Shown piece by piece: positions 1-9,293 of a stretch of 52,588 nucleotides of DNA. Each line of letters starts with the position of its first letter. The first letter of the stretch is position 1. Location: NCBI GenBank assembly GCA_037446635.1, contig JBBIIG010000030.1, positions 1 through 52,588 on the forward strand. The letters are read 5' to 3'. A model generated the notes under the pieces. The model did no database searches, was not told the origin of the DNA, and saw only the letters and a program-made list of their open reading frames with translations. This DNA comes from a bacterium (GTDB lineage: Bacteria; Zhuqueibacterota; Zhuqueibacteria; Oceanimicrobiales; Oceanimicrobiaceae). The position numbers and the translations under genes are program-made.

Positions 1-35
1 GGACTCGGCCTTCTATGACGTTTCTGTTCGTCGGC

Positions 36-254
36 TCACTGCTTTGCTACAGGCTGTCGCTTGGTGGTGCCGTGTATCCGCGTCGAGGCCCAGGTGCGAT
101 TCCAGTGGCGGAGGTAGTGGTTTTTCGCCGCTAAGGAATCAAAGGTCTTGCCGGCCAGCGCATTGTTCTGAACATATTTGATGGCGCTCTCCACTTTGCC
201 TTTGTGCTGCGGAGTCCGAACCTTGCAGGGTAGTGGGATGAAGTTGTAGTGTAA
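36..254 (-). pseudogene. IS21-family transposase (IstA) internal fragment
   Basis: Reads HYNFIPLPCKVRTPQHKGKVESAIKYVQNNAL...WNRTWASTRIHGTTKRQP, matching the IstA HYGF..C..KGKVE and R.HGTT..P motifs. It has no N-terminus and begins directly after the stop codon of 257..697. Confidence 0.8.
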
Positions 255-256
255 GT

Positions 257-697
257 TTAGTTCCTGCCGCAACATCCACCACAGCCGCGCATTCCACCCT
301 GCCCGTGATGGCCTTTGCCCATCATCCATTTCGGCGCGCCGCTCTCCGCCGCCAGCACGATTTCAACTTTGCCCTGCACGATCTTGCTGGGATAGAAATT
401 CAACTCCCCGTCGATTTCTTCTTTTTCGCCGATCATCTCAACCGCGCCGGTTTCCAATTTCAGATTCTCCTGTTTCCAATACCAGATAGGGCCGAGGTGC
501 ACGGTGTATTCTTTGCCTTGTGATTTAAACTTCGCCAGCGGCAGCAGCACGTTGGTGATTTCGCCTTTCAAAGTGACGGTCTCGCCAGCGGTTCGCCCGC
601 TGAACATGTTGCATTTCATGCCCCGTTGAGCCAGCAGCGAGCTGCTCAGAATGAGCGTCATCGTGACTACTGCAATGATCATTACGATTCGTTTCAT
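257..697 (-). CDS. Secreted OB-fold-like protein (VHLGP motif, MamS/MamX-like) with Gly/His/Cys-rich tail
   Basis: Signal peptide; VTLKGEI...VHLGPIWYW motif; C-terminal HHGQGGMRGCGGCCG; AGGAG RBS upstream. Confidence 0.6.
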   Translation of the reverse strand: MKRIVMIIAVVTMTLILSSSLLAQRGMKCNMFSGRTAGETVTLKGEITNVLLPLAKFKSQGKEYTVHLGPIWYWKQENLKLETGAVEMIGEKEEIDGELNFYPSKIVQGKVEIVLAAESGAPKWMMGKGHHGQGGMRGCGGCCGRN

Positions 698-759
698 TTC
701 GATGCTCCTTTAGAATATGGTAATGGTGAATTGCCAACTGCCAATGGCTTACCGCCTAC

Positions 760-1236
760 TCAGTTCCGCGCCACCACCTCGATAATCGGCTCCAGCACCA
801 CGTCGCTTTTGATGGAATTGGCGATCAAGCAGCCGTGGTGGGCATCGTTTAAGGTTTTTCTGGTAAGCTCCACCGCCTCCGGCGCGCCGATTAATACCGT
901 CGGCCGCAAAATAATTTTGGTAAATTGATATTTGCCATCGACGAATTCGAGGAAGCCCTCGGCTTTGCTGGTGTAGGACAAAATCGGCAGGTTCTGTTTC
1001 TGCGCAAACGCCGCGAAGGTGGTCATGGTGCAGGTTTCCACGGCGGCCACGAACAGGTCTTCGGGCGTCCACACGCCGGCCTCACCTTTGAATTCCGGCG
1101 GGCTGGCGACGCGAAACTCGGTTTTGCCTTCTGCGGCCAACATGCCGGCGCGATTGCCCAGCCATTTTAGATTGGTATGATACTTAAAGGTTTTGTATTT
1201 CACTTTCGGTTGGGTTGAGACAGTTACTTGTTCCAT
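760..1236 (-). CDS. OsmC/Ohr family protein
   Basis: SPPEFKG..WTPEDLFVAAVETC and AHHGCLIANS carry the two conserved Cys of the family; AGGAG RBS. Confidence 0.9.
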   Translation of the reverse strand: MEQVTVSTQPKVKYKTFKYHTNLKWLGNRAGMLAAEGKTEFRVASPPEFKGEAGVWTPEDLFVAAVETCTMTTFAAFAQKQNLPILSYTSKAEGFLEFVDGKYQFTKIILRPTVLIGAPEAVELTRKTLNDAHHGCLIANSIKSDVVLEPIIEVVARN

Positions 1237-1314
1237 TTTTGCTCTCCTGAGTTTTTTACCAAATTAGATGCGGCTATTTGAGAAAAGATACAAGCCAGCT
1301 TTGGCGGCATTCTC

Positions 1315-1330
1315 TCAAATAAAATGCCAG
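1315..1330 (-). promoter_or_regulatory. Putative sigma-54 promoter (-24/-12) for the osmC operon
   Basis: Minus strand reads CTGGCATTTTATTTGA (GG-N10-GA variant), with an IHF-like TATCAA element just upstream. Confidence 0.4.
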
Positions 1331-1490
1331 AAAGAACGGTGTAGTGATATTGAATTGATAATCAGGCAGTTACATGCCCTGGCGGGAATAGATTTTGGCG
1401 GCTGCTTCTCTTGAAAATGAGAAAATGGCGGAAGGAATTCCTATAAGTGGGAATTTGGAAGAGGAAGGTGAGTTTTAGTTAGGTGCTCAC

Positions 1491-1875
1491 TTCTCCGGCA
1501 ATTTCGGCGTGCGTTTCCGCGAGGGAAATTTGAAAAACACCACCTCGGCTGCCGCGGCGCTTAACGTTCGCCAGCCCTTCCGCGCCTAAGGTGACGGTGA
1601 ACATGCGCGTCGCTTACTTCTCGACGCAGTTCACCAAGGGTTACCGCCCCGATGTCAATTTGCGAATTCCCGTGTCGCGCAATCTTTCATTTGACGTCGG
1701 CGCTGGCAGCTACATTTACCAAACCGGCAATCTCACCACCCGCAGCCACTGGTTGGAGGCGCAGGCCAACACCTACCTCAGCCGGCGCATCTACGCCAAT
1801 GTTGGCTACCGCGCCTTCTTTGATGATCGTCTGGAGTCGGGTAGATGGTTTGTAGAAACCGGGCTGATATTTTAG
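1491..1875 (+). pseudogene. 3' fragment of an outer-membrane beta-barrel-like gene, interrupted
   Basis: Coding-like frame from 1491 (FSGNFGVRFREGNLKNTTS...) stops at TAA 1587-1589 and continues in the +1 frame from 1591. Amphipathic beta-strands and C-terminal ...VETGLIF; no signal peptide or N-terminus. Confidence 0.6.
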
Positions 1876-1951
1876 GCCACGTCACAAATGGAGGGCTTTT
1901 GCCGTATATCGCGATCAGAAAAATTCCAAAACGCAGTACACGACAAAGGGT

Positions 1952-3232
1952 TTGCCCATGATTTTCATGCTGTTTTTTGCCGCCGTTGCAGCCCAGGATT
2001 CCCCAATCGATTTGCAGTTGGCGCAGCAGTACTTTCACGAGGCGCAAACTCTATGTGAACAGGACCGCGGTCAACTCTGGGGCGTATCACTCTGCGGCCC
2101 CCTGTTGTTTGTGGAACCCGCCAGTCGCCGCGTGGTAGCTAATCAAGCGGATGAGCAAAATCAGCTCACACGCCGCGGCGACGTTTTCGTGGGACAAGTT
2201 TCGCCCGGCAATCCCATTGCTAACATGGCCGTGACTTGGGGCGGCGTTAAATGGGCGATGGTCATCTGGCCGCTGCCAGAAAATAAATTCGAGCGCGCGG
2301 CGTTGCTGCTGCATGAGTCGTGGCACCGGATTCAAAATGAAATCGGCTTGCTGGCCAACTCTCCGGCCAATCACCATCTCGAAACGGTCGAGGGCAGAAT
2401 CTGGCTGCAATTAGAATGGCGGGCTTTAGCGGCGGCGCTGCGCAATCAGGGCGAGGAACGCCGGCAGGCCGCGGCGGATGCGCTGGTGTTTCGCGCCATG
2501 CGGCGGCAGATTTTTGAACGCGCTGCGGAAGAAGAGCGGCAACTGGAAATGCACGAGGGACTGGCGGAATACAGCGGCATCAAATTGTGCGGAATTGCAG
2601 CGGAAAGTCTGGCGGAATATGTTGCCAAAAAAATGTCCAGCGCGCACCAGAAACGGGAGACCTTTGTGCGTTCGTTTGCTTACGTCTCCGGCCCCATGTA
2701 CGGCGTTTTGCTGGATGAAAGCGGAATCGACTGGCGGAAAAATTTAAAGCCCAGCGACGATCTCGGTTGGCTGCTGCAACAATCTCTGCAACTCATTCTC
2801 CCGGAAAATCTGAAAGCCGCGGCGGAAATGAGGATGCGAAAATACGACGGCGAATCTCTGCGCGCGGCAGAAGCGGAACGCGAGCAGCAACGCCAGGCTC
2901 TTCTTGCGGATTACCGCGCCCGCTTCGTCGAGGGGCCAGTGTTCATTCTGCCGCTGGCGCAAATGCAGATTTCGTTCGATCCCAATCAATTGCAGCCGTT
3001 GGATTCGCTGGGGACGATTTATCGAACGCTGGAAATTAAGGACCGCTGGGGAACGCTGCAAGTCACCAACGGCGCGCTGCTCTCGGCGGATTGGAGCAAA
3101 GTATCTGTGCCGGCGCCGGCTAAGCTGAATGCCCGCGCCCTTAGCAGCGAGGGCTGGTCCATTCAGATCAAAGAAGGTTGGAAAGTAGTTCCCGCGGGAC
3201 GGCCGGGGGACTACACGGTTAAGCCTGAATAA
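1952..3232 (+). CDS. Secreted protein with HExxH + downstream Glu (gluzincin-like metallopeptidase motif)
   Basis: Short signal peptide, LLHESWH motif and downstream EMHEGLAEY. Confidence 0.65.
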   Translation: MPMIFMLFFAAVAAQDSPIDLQLAQQYFHEAQTLCEQDRGQLWGVSLCGPLLFVEPASRRVVANQADEQNQLTRRGDVFVGQVSPGNPIANMAVTWGGVKWAMVIWPLPENKFERAALLLHESWHRIQNEIGLLANSPANHHLETVEGRIWLQLEWRALAAALRNQGEERRQAAADALVFRAMRRQIFERAAEEERQLEMHEGLAEYSGIKLCGIAAESLAEYVAKKMSSAHQKRETFVRSFAYVSGPMYGVLLDESGIDWRKNLKPSDDLGWLLQQSLQLILPENLKAAAEMRMRKYDGESLRAAEAEREQQRQALLADYRARFVEGPVFILPLAQMQISFDPNQLQPLDSLGTIYRTLEIKDRWGTLQVTNGALLSADWSKVSVPAPAKLNARALSSEGWSIQIKEGWKVVPAGRPGDYTVKPE

Positions 3233-3241
3233 TTCTAAATC

Positions 3242-3313
3242 TGGATTAATGGATGAATGGATCAATGGATCAATGAAAGGCCAACAGCATTGATCCATCA
3301 ATCCATTAATCCA
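3242..3313. repeat. 8-nt-period repeat hairpin: (TGGATnAA)x4 plus inverted arm
   Basis: tggattaa-tggatgaa-tggatcaa-tggatcaa, a loop, then cattgatcca-tcaatcca-ttaatcca; lies between convergent genes. Confidence 0.8.
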
Positions 3314-3377
3314 TCCTCTTCGTAGCCATGGATGGTAGCTTCGTTCATAAATAGTTTATGAATCGAGAGACAGCTGC

Positions 3378-4085
3378 TCAATTAATCCCAAAGGTCACGC
3401 GCACGGTGACCGTGATATCCTTCACCCGCGTGGAGGTGCTGTACATGCCGTAGTCGCTGATTTCGGTGGAATAGGGCTCGGTGATTTGAAACACTCCCAC
3501 CCTCGCCGCCATCACTTTGGCGATGCTCACGCCGGAATTCTTCGCAATTTCCTCGGCCCGCGCCCGGGCGTCTTTCGTGGCCTCCGCCAGCAATTCGCGT
3601 TTGATATCGGCGATGTTGGAGTTGTAATATTCGAGATACGAACCGTGCAGGATGATGCCTTCCTCAAAAAGCTTGCTGGGATTGAGCGCCATTTTTTCCA
3701 CCATCGGGATATCTTTGGAGATGAGAAAAATGTTCTGCGTGAGATTGTAGCTGGAAATTTGTCCGTACTGGCTGTAGTTGGGATTGGTGGTGACCGGCTG
3801 CAGGGTGAGGTCCTGCTCGCTGATGTTGTTCTGTTTAAGCTGATCGCGGATGAGCTGGAGGTCGCGCTGCATTTTGACGTAGCCGCTCTGCAGGTCGCTC
3901 AGCTCGGCGGTGCGGCCAAAGGTGATGCGCCATTTGACGATATCGGCTTCGAAGCGTTTGGTGGCGCTGCCCACCACGCTGATGGTGTCGTTCTGGCTGC
4001 GGGTCTGAAAAAAGAAGATTCCGAAGATGGTAAACCCGATGACTAATCCAGCCGCTAAAATCGCCGCTTCTACTGTGCGTTTCAT
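3378..4085 (-). CDS. SIMPL domain (DUF541) protein
   Basis: N-terminal TM helix; ISVVGSA..ADIV and LLAEATKDARARAEEIA...G.FQIT motifs. Confidence 0.9.
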   Translation of the reverse strand: MKRTVEAAILAAGLVIGFTIFGIFFFQTRSQNDTISVVGSATKRFEADIVKWRITFGRTAELSDLQSGYVKMQRDLQLIRDQLKQNNISEQDLTLQPVTTNPNYSQYGQISSYNLTQNIFLISKDIPMVEKMALNPSKLFEEGIILHGSYLEYYNSNIADIKRELLAEATKDARARAEEIAKNSGVSIAKVMAARVGVFQITEPYSTEISDYGMYSTSTRVKDITVTVRVTFGIN

Positions 4086-4357
4086 GTTTCTCCTTTCGTT
4101 AATTCAGGGCGTCTGAAATTTAGCAAAGTTGGAGAAACAATCAAGCGCTCGGTGTCTTTATTTCAATTGGATTCCAACATTGAAGCCGACTGCCATCCAC
4201 GAGATAGCGGCACCTATGCCCCTCAGTCACTCAAGCTGTACCCAACGAAGGGAAGGGGAAGGAACAGCCTATTATTTTTTTCTCTCACTCTGTTCCAAAA
4301 GCAATGTTGATTTTTGCAAACCAACTGTGTATGTTTTAAAAAACGCGAGGAACCAGC

Positions 4358-4543
4358 ATGAGCGACATTCTACCCGAAGGCGAAGCCGTTCGCAAAGCCA
4401 TCAAATGGATTTCGGAGCAGGTGCAAACGCACCCGGATGCTCGAGTTCAAAAATTTGTATTCGAAGCCATCACCCGCTTTGACCTCTCTCCCAAAGATTC
4501 CGATTTCCTCCTCAATTTTTATCGTTCGCAAAAATCAGAATAA
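4358..4543 (+). CDS. Small conserved hypothetical protein (61 aa)
   Basis: GAGG RBS; PEGEAVRKAIKWISE...RFDLSPKD..FL pattern typical of a small conserved family. Confidence 0.75.
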   Translation: MSDILPEGEAVRKAIKWISEQVQTHPDARVQKFVFEAITRFDLSPKDSDFLLNFYRSQKSE

Positions 4544-4599
4544 TTTCATGGAATAGGACTCGCCGCAACCGCCGTTTCCTCCGGCAACGGAATTAAAGC

Positions 4600-5400
4600 G
4601 TGAGGAATGAAATGAAATTTGGTGTTCTGATGATTGGCGTCATCATTTTGGCCAGCATCATAAAATTCTTGCCGGATTCCAGCGCGCATTTAGAAGGCGC
4701 AACGAAGTTCGCCCCCAAATCTTCCGAGCAATCGTTTGCCGTCGTGGAGTTGTTCAGCTCGGAAGGTTGCTCCAGTTGCCCGCCCGCGGATCGGCTGCTG
4801 GGTGAGATCGTGGATGCCGCAACCAAACAGCAGCAGCGCATTTTTGCGCTGGCGTTTCATGTGGACTACTGGGATTACATCGGCTGGAACGATCCATTTG
4901 CGAATCGAGCCTACTCCGATCGGCAGCGGGAGTACGCGAGGGCGTTTCGAAACAGCCAGATTTATACCCCGCAGATGATCGTCAATGGGCAGCGGGAGTT
5001 TGTGGGCTCGGAGCGCGCCAAGGCGCAGGCGAGCCTCGAGTGGGCGCTGTCGCAGCCGGCGGGCGTCGCCGTATCTCTGGATAAATTCGAATCCGATCCA
5101 AGCAACGAAGTGAGGTTGTCCTACGAAGTCACCCCAACTCCCGAAGATGCGGTTTTGCATATCGCGTTGATTGAACGAGATTTGAGAAATAACGTTCGGC
5201 GCGGCGAAAATGCCGGGCGGGTTTTGCATCACGACAACGTGGTACGGGCTTTCAAAACGGTGAGCCTGAGGGAGGCCGTCAAAGGCGAGATTACAATTGA
5301 AATTCCGAGCGCAGTGAATTTGTCAAACAGTTCGATTATTGGGTATGTGCAGAACCTGGCTACTATGAAAATTCTTGGCGCGACAAGCACAGAACTCTAA
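4600..5400 (+). CDS. DUF1223 thioredoxin-like secreted protein
   Basis: VVELFSSEGCSSCPPAD, LAFHVDYWDYIGW.DPF, IYTPQMIVNG, RGENAGR.L.HDNVVR. Confidence 0.92.
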   Translation: MRNEMKFGVLMIGVIILASIIKFLPDSSAHLEGATKFAPKSSEQSFAVVELFSSEGCSSCPPADRLLGEIVDAATKQQQRIFALAFHVDYWDYIGWNDPFANRAYSDRQREYARAFRNSQIYTPQMIVNGQREFVGSERAKAQASLEWALSQPAGVAVSLDKFESDPSNEVRLSYEVTPTPEDAVLHIALIERDLRNNVRRGENAGRVLHHDNVVRAFKTVSLREAVKGEITIEIPSAVNLSNSSIIGYVQNLATMKILGATSTEL

Positions 5401-5474
5401 ACCTGAATAATTCACAAATTCCAATTTGAAGTTATTGAGGTTAAGTGAATTATTTCGCTTTGGCAAATGTCATT

Positions 5475-5715
5475 TTATCTTATCAACTCTTCAATATAAC
5501 GTTTAATTCGCGCACGATTTAGGCCCAGGCTCGAAAATTGTTTCTCACAAACATCGCTAAAGCGCGCGAGTACTTTCCGATTAATCTCTTCCTGGTCCTC
5601 AAAAATAGCGATAGATCGAAACGATAGACCCCATTTCTCAAATTGGAGCAAGGTAATTGTGGCGTCCCGGGTCTTGTCGTCATTGGGTAAAGCATGAACC
5701 AAAAGAGGAGTGGAC
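5475..5715 (-). pseudogene. C-terminal fragment of a DUF1828-like protein
   Basis: [53 protein letters not shown]. The N-terminus is missing and the fragment abuts the methyltransferase fragment. Family assignment is from memory. Confidence 0.5.
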
Positions 5716-6170
5716 ATACTCTTGATAGTCAACATATTTAGAGTATTGTGGTTTTGCATTATAGTAAGGTGGCGAGGTGAAAACCAGTTGGGCGGTATCT
5801 GGAGGGAACTCTTCTAAAACATCGATGCAGTTGCCTAATATCACTTTGTTGGGAACGGCCGCGGGGCGAAAAAGCTTTTCGGCGGCTGTTTTTTCTCAGC
5901 CGCAATAGAGCGGTATTTTTTTATGCGCTTTTGGATGAGTTGGATATCTGTAAAATCTATGATCTCATTGAGGGACTCATCGATGCTTACTTCCCCAATC
6001 AATAAATGCTTTCCGTTTTCTAAATTCAGAGGCACTCGCCATTTATTGTGCCTGTCATCGTACTCCGGCAGTCCAATAGAGATTGAGCTTGAAAACCCGG
6101 CAAGCTTTTTTTCAATCCACTGCTCGGTTAACCGTCGCGCTTTTTGAACAGAGCCTTTCTCAAAGTTCAT
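5716..6170 (-). pseudogene. Frameshifted, truncated N4/N6 DNA methyltransferase (N-terminal part)
   Basis: ORF 5841..6170 shifts frame near 5855 into [46 protein letters not shown] (SPPY at 5764-5775). The rest of the MTase is absent; region is AT-rich. Confidence 0.8.
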
Positions 6171-6284
6171 TCATGCTTACCTGTTTCAATGGATCAACAG
6201 ACCAAACATAACGCATTTTTAGCGTTAAAGCAGAATAGAAATTTTGATGCAAATAACCGAGAATTGCTAACGTCGAGAATAAAC

Positions 6285-7745
6285 CTACTTTCTACTCAAC
6301 GCCAAATAATAAACCCCGAACGCCACCACGGCCGCCGAAAACCACGCCCCGTTAAAAAGGAAATCAATCGCGGGATGCAGCTTGCCGGCCAGCGCTGCCA
6401 GAATTCCAGCCGCGAGTGCGACCAGAGCCGGACGATGGAATCCGTTCGAGTAAGTGTATTCGCCATTCTCGCGGTAGAGGTCCGGCAAATTTAGCCGGCC
6501 GCGGCGAATGAGCAGGTAATCGCAAACGATCACCCCCACTGCGGAGCCCAGCAGCCCGGAATAGCTGATGAGCCAGGTCTGGTACATGCCCAAAAGCTTC
6601 CACGGAAGAATGAAAATACCAACGGCACCGGCAATGAGTCCCCCCATCCGGAAATTGATTTTTTGCGGCAAAAAGTTAGAAAAGCTGTTGGCCGGAGAAA
6701 CCACGTTCGCGGCGATGTTGGTGCTGAGGGTCGCCACCAGCAGCGCCGCCATCGATAGGATTCCTAAAAATGGGCTGTGGTGCTCGGCGGTGAGCCGCGA
6801 CAGCAACGTCACCGGATTCCAGATAGCTTCGCCGTAAAGAATGAGCGTGGCGCCAGTAACCGCCACGCCAATGAACGCGAACAGCGGCATGGTGGTGAGC
6901 AAGCCGATGGCTTGCCCCCAGATTTGATCTTTCTGGCTTTTGGCGTAGCGGGTAAAATCCGGAATGTTGAGGGAGAGCGTCGCCCAGTAGCCCACCATCG
7001 CCGTCAACCACGGGATGAACAACGTCATAAAAAATTGCAGCGCGGTCAGCTCTTTGCCGCCGCGCGCCAGCTCATTTGATTTTTGCAGAATGGCGCCGAT
7101 GCCGCCGACTTTCGACGCCGCCCACACCAGCAGTGCGATGCCCGTCGTCAGTAAAAACGGGGCGGCCAGCGTCTCCAGCCATTTGATGCTCTCCGTTCCC
7201 GCCCACACGAAATACATGTTGATCATCCAGAAAATCAGGAAGCTCAAATAGTGCGGGAGGCCGTAGCCCATAAAACTCCAGCCGCCGCCAAACTGCGCCC
7301 AGCCCGTCCAGAGAATGGACAGGATTTCGTGAATGGCCAGTCCGCCAATCCAGGTTTGAATGCCGAACCAGCCGCAGGCGATGAGCGCCCGCAGCAGCGA
7401 CGGCACGTGCGCCCCGCGAACCCCAAACGACGAGCGCACGAACGCCGGAAACGGAATGCCGTATTTCGCGCCCGCGTGGCCGTTGATGACCAGCGGAATC
7501 AGCACCAGAAAATTGCCCAGAAAAATCGTGAGCAGGCTCTGCCACCAATTCATGCCAGACTCGATCATGCTGGCCGCCAGCATGTAGGTGGGAATGCAAA
7601 CGCTCATCCCGACCCAAAGGGAGGCGATGTGCCACAGGTTCCAGGTGCGGTGCTCGTGCGGAATCGGCGCGAGGTCTTGGTTGGTGAGATGGCTGTCCGA
7701 AACCGGACTTTGCCACAGAGACACGGAGGACACGGAGTCGTTCAT
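6285..7745 (-). CDS. NCS1 family nucleobase:cation symporter
   Basis: N.DLAP..RTW, GAKYGIPFP..RSSFG, CGWFGIQTWIGG, WATLSLNIPDFTRY, TNIAANVVSPA; about 12 TM helices. Confidence 0.95.
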   Translation of the reverse strand: MNDSVSSVSLWQSPVSDSHLTNQDLAPIPHEHRTWNLWHIASLWVGMSVCIPTYMLAASMIESGMNWWQSLLTIFLGNFLVLIPLVINGHAGAKYGIPFPAFVRSSFGVRGAHVPSLLRALIACGWFGIQTWIGGLAIHEILSILWTGWAQFGGGWSFMGYGLPHYLSFLIFWMINMYFVWAGTESIKWLETLAAPFLLTTGIALLVWAASKVGGIGAILQKSNELARGGKELTALQFFMTLFIPWLTAMVGYWATLSLNIPDFTRYAKSQKDQIWGQAIGLLTTMPLFAFIGVAVTGATLILYGEAIWNPVTLLSRLTAEHHSPFLGILSMAALLVATLSTNIAANVVSPANSFSNFLPQKINFRMGGLIAGAVGIFILPWKLLGMYQTWLISYSGLLGSAVGVIVCDYLLIRRGRLNLPDLYRENGEYTYSNGFHRPALVALAAGILAALAGKLHPAIDFLFNGAWFSAAVVAFGVYYLALSRK

Positions 7746-7910
7746 AAGATTAAACGTTTGATCCCATCTTTAAATAATCTTGAATTGAGTTTATCAGTAC
7801 TTAATTTCCAATACCCCCACCAAGATCATCTCTTCGGAATTCACCAATTTTCTGACTCTTGTAATGAGAAATAGTTAAATTCAACTCTGTGTCCTCCGTG
7901 TCTCTGTGGC
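7712..7910. mobile_element. 27-bp inverted-repeat-bounded element enclosing a decayed GxxExxY gene remnant
   Basis: gccacagagacacggaggacacggagt (7712-7738) pairs with actctgtgtcctccgtgtctctgtggc (7884-7910), one mismatch. The interior minus strand gives YKSQKIGEFR, VLEIK and LIN..SRLFKDGIKRLIL* in shifting frames. Confidence 0.7.
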
Positions 7911-8788
7911 TAATTTTTTAGTGCCCGTTCAAAAGCAACTGACAACGCCTGCTCCGTCAGCACCCGCGCCAGGTGGCGGCGGAATTCGGCGGACGCGTGA
8001 ATGTCGGTCGATGGTTCGATGTCTTTCTCCGCCGCCAACTGCGCCGCTTCCTGAAAAACATTGGGCGACGGCATTTGGCCAATCAGCGATTGCGCCGCCT
8101 GTTTGGCCACGACTGGACCGTTGCCCACACTCAGAAAAACCAGCCGCGCTTGCTGGCACTGATTTTTATCATCCACCGTAACTAGTGCGGCCACGCCCAC
8201 CAATGCGTAATCGCCGTGGCGGCGGGCAATTTCCCGAAACGCCCAGCCGGTGTTCGGCGGCAGCGACGGCACTTGGATTTCCGTGAGCAGCTCATCCGGC
8301 TCCAGAGCGGTGGTGAAAAGATCGACGAAGAAGTCTCGAGCCGCGACCCCGCGCTCGCCGCCGATTTTTCGCAGTAAAAATTTTGCTTCCAGGGCGACCA
8401 TCACCGCCGGCAATTCCGCGGAGGGATCGGCGTGGGCGAGGCTGCCGCCGATCGTGCCGCGATTGCGAATCTGCGGATGGGCGATGTGCGGCATGGTCTC
8501 GGCGATTAACGGCGCGAGCTGCGCTACCAGCGGACTGCGCTCCACTTCCCGCTGGCGGGTCATCGCGCCGAGGCGCAGGCCCGCGTCATTGTGCGGTTGA
8601 ATGTAAAACAATTCGGACACACGATTGAGATCGATGAGCACCGACGGCTGCGCCAGCCGGAAATTCATAGTGGGCACGAGGCTCTGTCCGCCGGCCAGAA
8701 CTTTGGCATCGAAGCCGTGCTGGGAGAGCAGGCTCAGGGCTTCGTCGAGAGATTTGGGAGAATGGTATTCAAAGGGTGCAGGTTTCAT
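7910..8788 (-). CDS. Xanthine/CO dehydrogenase family FAD-binding (medium) subunit
   Basis: MKPAPFEY..P.SLDEAL, LAGGQSLVP.MN.RLA.P, IRNRGTIGGSLAHADP.AE, DIHAS.EFRR. Confidence 0.95.
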   Translation of the reverse strand: MKPAPFEYHSPKSLDEALSLLSQHGFDAKVLAGGQSLVPTMNFRLAQPSVLIDLNRVSELFYIQPHNDAGLRLGAMTRQREVERSPLVAQLAPLIAETMPHIAHPQIRNRGTIGGSLAHADPSAELPAVMVALEAKFLLRKIGGERGVAARDFFVDLFTTALEPDELLTEIQVPSLPPNTGWAFREIARRHGDYALVGVAALVTVDDKNQCQQARLVFLSVGNGPVVAKQAAQSLIGQMPSPNVFQEAAQLAAEKDIEPSTDIHASAEFRRHLARVLTEQALSVAFERALKN

Positions 8789-8875
8789 AATTTTCTCATA
8801 GTTGAAAATTCCATTTAGTCTGCTTCAGCCAGACTTACGCTATAGGCCAGAAAAGTCTCCTGAAAGCGGAAATAG

Positions 8876-9250
8876 CTATTTGCCCCACAGCAGATACATC
8901 CCAAAAATCAACGCCAGAAAACAGAAAATCCACAGCACCACCGGACCCGAAGCGCCGCGGAATTTGAAGCCCAGCGCCTCGATTTCGATGGCGCCGTGGC
9001 TCACCACCTTCAGCAGCAGCACAACACAGAAGGCCGCAATCGCCGACAACGGCACGCCAATGCAGGCCGCGTAATTTTTCTCTAAAATCTCAATGAACCA
9101 GTTGTTGGCTGGCGAAACCGCAACCAGAGAATGATAAACCAGAAATCCAAGAAAATAGCTGGTTCCAAGCCCGGTACCGATGACAATCGACCAGTTGGCG
9201 TAACGGCGGAAACGGGAATCGGGCTTGGCATCAGGGTGAGTTTCGGGCAT
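8876..9250 (-). CDS. Hypothetical membrane protein (3 TM)
   Basis: Three hydrophobic segments with IEIEALGFKFRGASGPVVLW; co-oriented within the cluster. Confidence 0.7.
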   Translation of the reverse strand: MPETHPDAKPDSRFRRYANWSIVIGTGLGTSYFLGFLVYHSLVAVSPANNWFIEILEKNYAACIGVPLSAIAAFCVVLLLKVVSHGAIEIEALGFKFRGASGPVVLWIFCFLALIFGMYLLWGK

Positions 9251-9293
9251 GACGAGTCCTGACTGGCATTGCTTCGTTTGTGAAAGATGGCAT

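Noticed and set aside
257..697. MamS/MamX-like motif as evidence of a magnetosome island
   Set aside because: No CxxCH magnetochrome motifs and no other mam genes; the OB-fold motif is common outside magnetotactic bacteria.
4129..4482. 117-aa + strand ORF, and a short minus-strand peptide (GIGAAISWMAVGFNVGIQLK*) at about 4158-4220
   Set aside because: The + ORF overlaps the better-supported 4358..4543 gene. The minus-strand peptide may be a gene tail but is too short to support.
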